Positions 1 through 11,176 of a DNA stretch of 64,000 nt are shown here, piece by piece; the stretch's first letter is position 1; every line of letters begins with the position of its first letter. A program made the translations under genes and the position numbers. Origin of the DNA: Paraspadella gotoi (lineage: Eukaryota; Animalia; Chaetognatha); the NCBI GenBank assembly GCA_051294375.1, contig JBJCIZ010000239.1, positions 5,594,993 to 5,658,992 of the forward strand. Direction: 5' to 3'. The notes under the pieces were generated by a model. That model was not told the DNA's origin, did no database searches, and saw nothing but the letters and a program-made list of their open reading frames with translations.

Positions 1-87
1 TATTTATTATTATTATTATTATTATTATTTATTATTATATATTATTATATTATTTATTATTATTATTATAGAATATTATTTTATTAC

Positions 88-145
<58 letters not shown>

Positions 146-161
146 ATTATTATTATTATTA
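1..161. repeat. (ATT)n microsatellite
   Basis: Directly visible; also at 3718-3810, 12500-12610 and 16322-16488. Confidence 0.95.
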
Positions 162-532
162 TGGTTCAGCATTAGGTTAGGGTTAGGGATTAGGGATTAG
201 GGTTATGAGTTTAAAAAATATATTTTAGGCCTTTGCAAAAAGATCTAAAAACTCAAAAGATGGAATCAAGTGGAACCAAATGAAATCGGATCATAAACTC
301 GGGGAGAAATTACCGAAAATGGAATCGAGCTCTCTGATTAGTGAGATTCAGATAGAACAGGCCAATAGGCGGATGAGCTTCCATCGCATTAAAGTTAATA
401 GAAAATTCTGGGATAAACAACCGAAATGGAACAGTCTTGGAAAAGTGAGCCCGAATTTGCATGTGTGCGTAATCTTTCCACGATTTTTATGTTCCTCTTT
501 TTTTTTCATTGATTTCTGGATGGCGGAATAAC

Positions 533-577
<45 letters not shown>

Positions 578-2273
578 AAACAGCATCCTTTATAAACATA
601 TACGACAAGATTAATTGAACCCGTCATGCTGACAAAGCAGGAACGATTATGAAAAAAAAACCCTCATGTCGAAGATAAGTACAACAACGACAAGGCCAGA
701 TAAATGACTTGGGTTTTGTTTGGCTAAAGAGAATTCGGTATTGGTGTCGGAGATCAAAAGGCGTGTCATCTATTTTGTTTATTATATAAAATTGGCACGA
801 AACAATATAAAATTATCCACTCGTAATAAATAAGCTATCTTGCCATGGACTTTGGATAGGCTTTGGTGGCTAAGGCTCTCCCGTCACTTCACAAGATATG
901 GCATAGGAGGTTCCCGCAAGCTTTCAATCAAGAGTCTCACACAGTCTCGTATTTAGATTGGTTATGAAGGAAATTGTTAGTAAATTGTTAATGGTTGGTA
1001 GCAGTAGCGTTTATGATCGGAATCTCATCTACTCGAAAACGAGTCGCTCGCCCTCTTTAACAATTTGGGTTTAATGTAAGTTGTATAATTAAAATTTAGC
1101 AGTTAGAATATGAAATTATGAAATTATCCATATATTCAATAAATAAGCTATCCCTCTTACAAGCGCTAACATATCTGGACACCACATTCAAATATATTTA
1201 AAAATACTTTAAATCAATATAAAATAAACCGTTCAAACCCCCCCCACCCTTATAAATTCAAACTGGCCCGATCGCGTTCCTCATGGCGCCGTTGGAGTTG
1301 GTCGATTCCTCCGGCGCTGTTGTTGCGTTGTTGTGGTTCACGGCGATGTTGTTGGCGTGGCGTTGTTGGCGTTGTTGGCGTGATTGTCATCGTTGCCCTG
1401 ATCAGCGTCGTCCTTCTGGGTATGTCACCATCTCGACGACGAAGATGAGGTAAGGTGAGGATCCGAGTCTCGTGACTCCTTTCTCCTGCTGCGGCGGGCG
1501 GCGGCGGCGGTTGTGGGCGTGGCTTGGGCGGCGTCGACTTGGGAACGAACGGTCATGATTCGGAAGATTCGGGGTTCGATTCCCTCTTTGATCGTCTGAA
1601 GACGAATCGGTTTCTTCAGATGTTTTTTTTTTATCAGTGAAATAGGATTTATTTTCCTCGAAATTTATCTATTTATTTATTTATTTATTTATTTTTCATT
1701 TATGCTTCAAACTTTGAATGCACTTTTTTTTTTTGTTTTTTTTTTTATAAAATTCCTTTTTTTCAGCGATGATTATTTCCCCACGCGAGACTTCAAAATA
1801 TTTTTTTATTTCTTCTCAAAAAATCCAAAGTTTTAAAACGTTTGATGACTAATTTCGTATAATCTATATTTTTATTGTTCGTTCGAGAAAAAAATGGAAA
1901 CTGACTAGAATTTGAATTTACTTCGTTTCGTTTTTGTTTCTAGAGCCTCGTTTTTGAAATGCGTTTTTTGTTTGTTTGTTTACTTTTTCGACCCCCCAAA
2001 AAATAAATCTTTTTTTTTTTCGATTCGTGTTTTTTTTTTTATTTTTCACTTTTTCTTTTTTGTTTTCTTTTTGTTGTTGTTGTTGTAGGGGTGAATTTTT
2101 TTTTTCAATTAAAAAAAAAAAAAGGTTTATTTGGGTTTCGAGGATTTTTTTATTATGAGGGAAGAAGGAAAGGAAACTTGGCTACAAATTGTGACTTTCT
2201 AGAAAAAAAATGCCAAAAAAATGCAAAGTTAATGTAGTCATTGTAGCTTTTTTGTATTGTTTTAGAGAGAGAA

Positions 2274-2290
<17 letters not shown>
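1..2290. repeat. Direct duplicate of 16320-18750 (probably assembly redundancy)
   Basis: Collinear unique sequence (e.g. gatggaatcaagtggaacc at ~259 and ~16586; gcgccgttggagttggtcg at ~1286 and ~17693); differences are mostly 1-nt indels. Confidence 0.9.
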
Positions 2291-2350
<60 letters not shown>

Positions 2351-2367
2351 GAGACAGAGAGAGAGAC

Positions 2368-2400
<33 letters not shown>
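2264..2400. repeat. (GA)n microsatellite at an orientation switch
   Basis: GA tract; left flank matches the 18.6 kb region forward, right flank matches the 13.9 kb region in reverse. Confidence 0.9.
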
Positions 2401-3751
2401 CAAAGACGATCGACAAAGACAACTGAGCGAGATCTCTTCTTTGCTGTTTTTTTCTTTTCAAAATTGCAACTTTTTGTACAACTAATATCCCTTTTTTTTT
2501 ATTCACTGACAATATGCTAAATGAGATTGATGGGAATCGATCTCAATTTCGTCGTAATTTTTCATCTCAGGAATCAGCGACTGAACAGGTAAGAGAACGA
2601 CAACACGGACGTCAACAATCAGAGACGATTCAACGAGGGATCAGTACAGAAATGGTAATTCGATGCACTGGGCGCTTTTTTCCGAGAGCGCCCACTTTTC
2701 TCTTCCTTTATATCCCCCGAATTTAATTTTTAATCCTAAAGTCTAACCTTAATCTTTAACGAATCTATAACCTTTTATGAATCTAACGTTTAACCTATCA
2801 TAATCAATAACACTAATTTAAAACTTTTAATCCAAAACTCTAACTATACCCTTAACTCTAAACTACATTCTAATCCTTAACCTTGAGCTCTAGCCCACAT
2901 CAATAATCTATCCTAAACATAATCCTAAACCTAATTTAAAACCTCTTCATCAAACTTAAAATTTAATTTATTCCAATTAAAAATCAAAAAAATAAAAATT
3001 ACTGACGACGCGCATCTCATTTTTTGACCATTACTATTACCATTACTATTACCGTTAATCTTATTTTTCAGGAGGAGCGAAAACTCCCCCAACGTTCCGA
3101 AGAGAGACTCCCCTCAATGACGACCGAGGGGACGAAACGCAACCTCATTGGACGCTCAAGCGGCCTCGTCGACCAATCAGATCGTTGGGAAGAACGCCGC
3201 TTCAGTCGCCGACTTCGCCGAGATCCGGTGACTTTAAAAATAGATAATTTTTTTTAGCAGAGAATGAATCTCCATTATTTGAATTATTAATCGTAAATAT
3301 CCAAAAAAAAATGGTGCTGGAATTCCACCACACTTAGTGTGGCAAGTGGGTACTGGGTATGCTAGATTTTTTTTGTCGTAACTTTGTATCCGGCGGTAGG
3401 CTTTGTTAGCGGTGGATTAACCGGCCCGTCCACTCTTTCGGCAAGAACCGTTACGAGCTGGGCCTAGAACCCGGGACCATTGCAGTTCGGAGTGTGGATT
3501 AACGAAATGCTCTTTTACGGCGTTGATGGGTGATCAGCCATCATAATAATATATTAATTATATAATATATAATATAATTAATAATATAATTATATAAATA
3601 TATATTTATAAAAATTTCATTAATTTGTTCTCAGGTCAGGATGGAAGCAATCTCACGTCGCCAGAGGCGAGGAGTGTAGGAGCTACCTCGCCTGATCTGG
3701 TAGGACAAAAAAAAAAAATAATAATATAATAATAATAATAATATAATAATA

Positions 3752-3803
<52 letters not shown>

Positions 3804-5139
3804 TAATTTATATATATTAATAATCAATACAGTAATTATTTTGATAAAAATTTCATAATATATTTGCTCAATGATAACGGAACATGAATCGAGCAATAAA
3901 ACTAATTCTATTACCATTTTATTCCCTGTGCTTGCGAAGACGTTGAAGACATAATAATAATCATAGGGAAAGTGATATGATAACAATATTAACATATATT
4001 AAATACATAAAAATTGATATTTAAAAACTAAAATACTCTCGCTCCTTTTTTTTCATTCTCCCGCCTCCCAGTCTTGCGGCACGCACGAAGTCAGGGAAAC
4101 CCGATTCGCCCGGAGGATTTCAAGAAAGAGCATCGCCTCCACCTCGAGCAACGTCTCCGCTTCCGGGCATCGACACGAGCCTCATTCCACGCCGGCAAAG
4201 AAGGTTTTTTCCAGGCTCGATTTAAATACATTTTCGTTTGTTTGTTGTTTGTTCTTTTTTGTGTGTGTGTGTGTGTGTTTTTTAATGTTTGTCGTTTCGC
4301 TACCGTTGTACATCTCGGGGATTTTACTTCTTGAAGCTAAACAATTTTTAGTTATTGACATCGGCGACCTTAATCCAATTTTAGTTGCGTTTATTTTATT
4401 TTAGTTATTTGTTTTCTCATTAAAAAAACAAAAAACAATAAAAAAGAAACATTGTAAAGAAAGATGGTCGGACTCATGATACTATAGATACGTTATATAC
4501 GTTATCATATACGTTTATATTTTCTGGCGACTCCGTGGCGTCTAAAAATATGTCGAATAATTATAAAACTTTAAAATGAATGTTCATTGAAGACAGAAAG
4601 TTCAAAAAGCATAGGAATGGGTTTATTACTCGTTTCATGCAAGAATAGCGAGGAGTTTAAGGGTACTTATTAGGCATAATTAAACAGCTTTAAATACGGT
4701 TTCACAGTTCTTTAGTCACATACGGATGAAATTTTTTCAATGCATATGGTTTATAAAGCTTTTTAGTTACATACGGCTAAGATTGTATTTAGGGTTTTAA
4801 CGGGATTTATCGGAGTTTACGCCGACTTTTTCTCAAGTCCATAAATCAACTTCTTACGAATAAAAATTAATTTTAGTCGTTATAAATAAATATATATATT
4901 TTTTAGATTAAATAGAGAGAGAGATAGAGATAGAGATAGAGAGAGAGAGATAAAATTGATTTTTTTCAAAGCTTTTGTTTTTATTCTGTGGATTTTCGGG
5001 TTTACGCCTGAAGGACCCACGCGGCGAATGTCTCTGTTGAGATACAAAAGAACAGCGAAAATGTTTCATAGAATGAGAACGAAGTTGCGGTGAGACGAAT
5101 AAGGTATTGGAGTTGATGATGATGATGATGATGATTGAT

Positions 5140-5201
<62 letters not shown>

Positions 5202-5384
5202 TTAAAATAATGTTGACCACGACATGTTTAACAATTACTATAAACTTCTTGATTCTTCGATTCTGCATTCGTCATTTCTCGTCGCCTTTAGCCTTCTTAT
5301 TTAATACATATATAAATAGGTATGTATATTTAAAAACATAAATAGTATATAGTATAGTTATGTAGACGTTTTGTTCCTACCCTC
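2400..5384. repeat. Inverted duplicate of 10897-13930
   Basis: ttttgttcctaccc before the gap at 5385 is the reverse complement of gggtaggaacaaaa at ~10900; collinear in reverse throughout. Confidence 0.9.
2571..5103 (+). CDS. Internal exons of an orphan Ser/Thr/Pro-rich protein (inverted copy): 2571-2588, 3072-3227, 3635-3699, 4072-4203, ~5010-5103
   Basis: GC-rich islands bounded by pyrimidine-AG acceptors and GT donors (ctcag|gaatcagcgactgaacag|gtaag; tttcag|gag...ccg|gtgac; ctcag|gtc...ctg|gtagg; ccag|tct...aag|gttt). Consensus across copies reads ESATEQ, ...QAASSTNQILERIAVQSPTSPRS, GQDGSNLTSPEARSVGATSP. Indel errors break the frames; no family recognised. Confidence 0.55.
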
Positions 5385-5419
5385 NNNNNNNNNNNNNNNN
5401 NNNNNNNNNAAAGAGAAGA

Positions 5420-6613
5420 AGATCGTAAAAGAGCCATTTAGCTAAATCACAACTCGCGACACTCAGCATGTCGGGTTTACGCCCAGCTCGCTACGGTTCT
5501 TGCGAAAGAGTGACGGGCCGTCTAATCCACCGCCTAGCCCAAAGCCTACCGCCCGGGCGTACAACAGTCTATGGACACAACAAACATCTGCCCCATACAC
5601 CCAGTACACACTTGGTCCAGCTTCAGGGTGTTGCGTGGATTCCACACCAATTTTTTATTTGGATATTTTGCGATTAATAATTAAAAATAATGAGATTCAT
5701 TCTCTGCTAAAAAAATTATCTATTTTTAAAGTCACCGGATCTCGGCGAAGTCGGCGACTGAACGGCGATTCTCTCCAGGATCTGATTGGTCGACGAGGCC
5801 GCTTGAGCGTCAAATGAGGTTGCGTTTTCGTCCCTCGTCGTCAATTGAGGGGAGTCCTTCTTCGGACGTTGGGGGAGTTTCCTGCCTCCTGAGTAACGGG
5901 AATGAAGATGGTAAATAGTAATGGTAATTAGTAATGGTCAAAAAATGAGATGCGCGTCGTCAGTAATGACAATAATTTAACAATTTCATTTTTTTTTAAT
6001 TGAATAAATTAAATTTTAAGTTTGATGAGGAGGTTTTAAATTAGGTTTAGGATATTATTAGAGGATATATTATTGATTGTGGGCTTGAGCCTAAGGTTAA
6101 GGAATTAGAATGTAGTTTTAGAGTTAGGAGGTTATAGTTTAGAGTTTTTTTTTAAAGGTTTTTAAATAGGTTAGATTATGTTAGGGTTAAACTTAGATTA
6201 ATAAATGGTTATAGATTCGTTAAAGATTAAAGTTTAGACTTTTAGGATTAAAAATTAAATTCGGGGATAAAAGGAAGAGAAAATTGGGCGCTCTCGGAAA
6301 AAAGCGCCCAGTGCATCGAATTACCATTTCTGTACTGATTCCCGTTGAATCGTCTCTTGATGTTGACGTCCGTGTTGTCGTTCTCTTCCTGTTCAGTCGC
6401 TGATCCTGAGAGTGAAAATTTACGACGAAATTGAGATCGATTCCATCAATCTCATTTGCATATTGTCGTATTGACATGAACTGTCATGAATAAAAAAAAG
6501 GGATATTAGTTGCACAAAAAGTTGCAATTTTGGAAAAGAAAAAAAACAGCAAAGAAGAGATTCGCTCAGTTGTCTTTGTCGATGTCATTGTCTCTCTCTC
6601 TTTCTCTCTATCT

Positions 6614-6649
<36 letters not shown>

Positions 6650-6696
6650 CTTCTCTCTCTTCTCTTCTCTCTCTCTCTCTCTCTTCTCTCTTCTCT

Positions 6697-6736
<40 letters not shown>

Positions 6737-6814
6737 GTCTTTCTCTCTCGGTCTCTCTCTCTCTCGTCTCTCTCTTTCTCTGCTCTCTCTCTCTCTCTCT
6801 CTTATCTCTCTCTC

Positions 6815-6879
<65 letters not shown>

Positions 6880-8420
6880 TCTCCTCTTCTTCTCGTCTCT
6901 CTCTTCTCTTTCTCTTGCTCGGAAAAGAAAAAAATATATTTTTCTATTTTCGCCATTTGTTTTTCAACCTAATTTCTTAATTCACATCTTTCGCTAACGG
7001 TTGTTAAAGCATTAAAATTTCCCTTTCGGGACACATGATTAAAAAAATGACTGTTTTTCGTTGTGCTTGTATCAATTAACAAAACGTTTGCGTCTTGTCC
7101 GTCTTCAGGCCTGCTATAACCGGAAGTTGGGAATTACATTTTTTCATGGTTAAGAACATCGCAGTCGCGAAAGTTTATTGAAGATTCACCACCTTGGATG
7201 ACTCATCTGCATATTGTTAACCCGCTTATGGGAATGGAATATGGCAATTTTTTTCATGCAAATATCCACAGAACTAATTTTTAGATGTTTTACCAATTTT
7301 AAGGTGCTAATATTTTCACAATAACAACGACAACCACAAAAACGACTACGACAATAGGAAATATAAAAAAATGTCGTCGTCTCGTATCCAATAAAATATT
7401 AATTCAAAAAATCTAAAATTTTACCATTCATTTAATAATATGGTGTTATCTTGCCCCTGACTTTCGACCGGCTTTGGCGGGAAATGGCCTCTTATCCCTC
7501 TAGGCTCTAACAAAATAATAACCTCGCAACTGTACACGAAAGGACATCTACTCCCTTTTCACGGTTTCGAAATGTCCACTGATCGACGGAATAAACGTCG
7601 TTGGCTCTTGGATAACTCAAATAATATCAGGTATCTCGCATGCAATCGCGCATGCGAACCTGCGTGCGATTCTGCATGCAATCCTGCGTACGATGGAACC
7701 GAAACCCAAGCCGATGTCTCGCAAGCGACGTCAATTTTGAAAAAAAAAAAAAAAGAAGACAACGTTTGACAGAAAACTTCTCATTCTGACTTTGATTGGT
7801 TCCAGTTGGTTCCATGGTCATTGGATCCCATTGCACGCGATCGATGGAATGAATTGTTTTGTTTATCGACATGAAACAATGTGCGCTCAAATGAATTAAA
7901 GAAAAGTCGTTTTTATATGCCTAATTTCGATTTGAGGCGATAAAATATAATTGTGGGTTTGAATGCAAAAACGATATTACGGTACTACATATCTAAGCGA
8001 AGTCGTGGACAGACCGAATCGAGAATAGAATCGGAGAATAAGTTTAGGTTAACTGTCATAGGATGGGGAGAGAGAGAGAGAGAAGAAGAGAGCAGAGATT
8101 GAGTAGAGAGAAGAGAGGAGAGAGACGAGAGAGAGAGAGGGAGAGAGAGAGAGAGAGAAGAGAGCAGAGTTACGAAAATTGGCGCCCTATTCTTTTTAAA
8201 ANNNNNNNNNNNNNNNNNNNNNNNNNTTGGGCCCTATTTTTTAAGAACGCCCTAATTCATGTTAAATTTTTTGGGTATAAAATTAGGATAGAGGTTAAAG
8301 TTTTGGGATTAGGTTAAGGATTAAGTTAATAATTAAGGTTAGGGATTTGGTTAGTGATCAGGGTTAGTTTAAAGGTGTCGGTTATAAATTAAAGATTATT
8401 ATTACATAAATAATAATAAT
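5420..8420. repeat. Direct duplicate of 12790-15620
   Basis: Collinear, including the long (CT)n tract (6590-6915 vs 13936-14312); noisiest next to the 25-N gap at 5385-5409. Confidence 0.9.
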
Positions 8421-9231
8421 TATTATTATTATTTATTATTATTATTATTATTATTATGGATGGGCGCGGGCTCGCCAGTTCTCCGCCAACTGGCCAAAGA
8501 AAGATCCGCCCCCGCCCATCACCCCCCCTACCCCCGAAAACCTTCGTAAGTTTTCCTAACTCCGATCGGCAGCTGACCCTTGAATTTCCTCGATCCGGGG
8601 TCTCTTCGCCCGCTCGGGGTATTTTTTTTTTCTTTTGTTTTTTCAGACACAGCTTAAGCAAACGGTTCGGCGTTTTTTTTTTTTACGTTTTTTTGCTTTT
8701 TTTTTTTTCGCGTTCCCAGGCTCTAGTCTTTTTACGTCGGTTTTTTGCCGTTTTTATCGCCGCACCGGTTTCTTACGTTTTTCTGTTTTTTTATCTCCCA
8801 TTTTTCGGCAAGTTTTTTACGTTTTTTTTTTTTTTTTTCGTTTTTTTTATTTTTTGTTTTTTTTTTCGCTTTTTTGTTTTTTTTGTTTTTTTTTTTTTTT
8901 TCTTTTTTCCGTTTTTTTTTCTTTTGTGTTTTTTTCTTTTTTTTTTTTGGTTTTGGTGTTTTTTTGAGCGATGGGGGTTTTTTTTTTTTTTTTTATCGCT
9001 CTTAATATTATTATTCAAAACACATGGTGATTTTTTTTTATCGATCAAAAACACCAACGAGAGGATCAATTTGAACGAAGAGTCAAGACGGACAAACAGA
9101 AGACAAGAGACAGAGAGACGCAAGAGAAAACGGTAATTTTTGCGGCGACTTTAAAGCAGCCTGAACGCACGGTCCGCACTCGGCCTCGTCTCAATGGCTG
9201 AGCACGGCAAATCAGCTGGCGCTTCTCCGCT

Positions 9232-9375
9232 CTTAGTTGCGCAGTTGTCTTTAGTTGTCGACAGTTGCTCTTAGTTGACTTAGTTGTTGACAGTTTTCTC
9301 TAGTTGCTCTTAGTTGTTGAAGTTTTCTTAGTTGCTTAGTTGTCGACAGTTGCTTTAGTTGCTCTTAGTTGTCGA
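9232..9375. repeat. Degenerate minisatellite (cttagttg / tcgacagttgct units)
   Basis: ttagttg recurs about ten times. Confidence 0.8.
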
Positions 9376-9387
9376 ATCTCTTTGTCT

Positions 9388-9527
9388 CTAAGTGTTGGCA
9401 TCTTGTTGTTGACCGGTGTTACCCTGCCATCTATTTGCCCATAACATTCCCTTTCTCCACCACACATATTTGACTTGCTCCCCTCGGGAATTCGATGCAA
9501 CCGTCTCGTCGAACTTCCCAAGCAAAC
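9388..9527 (-). CDS. Probable terminal exon (G)LLGKFDETVASNSRGEQVKYVWWRKGMLWANRWQGNTGQQQDANT*
   Basis: Minus-strand acceptor tttccag| at 9528-9530, open phase-1 frame to TAG at 9388-9390; lies downstream of the minus-strand exons at 11177-13750. Confidence 0.45.
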
Positions 9528-10074
9528 CTGGAAACGATGCGAGAGAGGATCGGATAAGATATGGCAGAAGATGTTGAAGATCGATGATTGCGTAGTGAGA
9601 GGCTGTATTTAAATGATGTTGAGAGATGATAGATTCACAGGATATAAATGATGTTGAATGATCAATGATTAATCATGATGATATTGGACGATTTACGAGA
9701 CATGATGTTGAAATGATGTAAAGAACACGACGAGAGATGGCGGAAGGGAAGGAGGAAGGAGGAGGAGGAGAGGAGGAGGAAGAGAAGCAGATTTAAAGTC
9801 GTCGTCGTGTGTCATCTTCTTTCTCTTCTGGAACACGTCCTTATGATTTCTTGTCGCGGGTCAGTCAATGACCCCCTCTCTCTCTCCTCGCTCTCTCATC
9901 TCTCTCTCTCCTCTCTCTCTGTCTTCTCCTCTCTCGTCACACAAAAGCTACCAGAACTGCAGCGTGTGAATCACCGCCTTGTCATACAATTAAGTCTCCA
10001 ATTTGTCGCTTTAAAATGTGACGACGTCGTAAAAAAGTTGTAAAACTAAACGTGTCGTGAAACTGGGGGTTTTT

Positions 10075-10386
10075 AGCTTCTTTGTTAAAAGCGCCCGTTA
10101 TCTTTCAAATAAATCCATATAATTCCTACTTTAACCTTCAAATCAAACCTTAATTTATTACCAAATTTAATGCCCTATTTCTAACTCTATCCTAAACCAA
10201 ACTTAATCCTTAAACCTAACTCTAATCCTCAGGCTTCTTACCCCAAATTTAAGATCTTAACCTATATCCCTTACTCTAATCTTAACTTTTAACCTAATCT
10301 TTAACCTAACCTTTAAACATTCTAGCCTAAAATATAATTTAATCCGAATAGAAGATAAAAAGGGGCGTTCTGAGAAAATAAGGCCG
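10075..10386. mobile_element. MITE-like element with ~21-bp imperfect TIRs around degenerate (CCCTAA)n
   Basis: Left gcttctttgttaaaagcgccc, right gggcgttctgagaaaataaggc; interior rich in taacct/taatcct. Confidence 0.65.
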
Positions 10387-11129
10387 ATTTTTTTTCTCTT
10401 CAATATTTCCTTTTTTTTTGCTGTCGTAGTAAAAATAATCGTTTAAAATTTATGATTTGTCTAGAAATGAAAGAAAGGAGATGAGATGTTTAGGGTTCAG
10501 GAAATGGTTAACTCTTATCGTTATGGGGATTATTATTATAGAATTTGCGATTTGAATGGAAAAGAAAAGAAAAAAAAGTAAAAAAAGAAAAAATCAGGGC
10601 CGACTTATTCAATGAATGGATAATTTAACATTGTCGTTCAAGATTCCATAGCGAAAGATGTGATGAGGAAAAGAGTAAAATCGAGTCGAAGATGATAATG
10701 AGATATGATCATGGAATGAGATGGAAGAAATGGAAGAAGATTGAAAAAGAAATTGAAAGACAATTGGAAAAGAATTGGAAAGAGATTAAAAAAAAGTGGA
10801 CAAAGAACTGGAAAGAGATATGGAAGAGTTGCCCAAATGACGGCAGAGCAGGGGTATCCTATTCAATTCCAGTGAAAGTAAGCTAAGAAGGAAACGAGGG
10901 GGTAGGAACAAAACGTTACATAATATACTATATACTATTTAGTGTTTTAAATATACATACCTATTAATATAGTATGATTAAATAAGAAAGGCTAAAGGAC
11001 GAGAAATGACGAATGCAGAATGAGAAATCAGAAAAGTTTTAATAGTAATGTAACACTAGTGTGTCAACATATTAACATATCATTATATCATCATCATCAT
11101 CTCATCATATCATCATCATCATCAATCAT

Positions 11130-11166
<37 letters not shown>

Positions 11167-11176
11167 CTCCAATACC

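Noticed and set aside
161-210. True telomere or fusion scar
   Set aside because: Repeats are degenerate, short, dispersed and bounded by the MITE-like terminal motif
6510-6997. Long SL/RE-repeat ORFs (also 13657-14424, 48062-48994, 52465-53439) and ORFs spanning N runs
   Set aside because: Stop-free reading of (CT)n/(GA)n tracts or gaps, not genes
7080-7115. Hammerhead-like ctgaaga...caaacg on the minus strand
   Set aside because: GAAA core is absent and the duplicate copy at ~14470 does not support it
9150-9213. P1-type twister (TAA-AGC-A-GC-C...GCT-GA)
   Set aside because: No U-NNN-AA-GC loop or T1 partner; GCTGA is better explained as the hairpin arm
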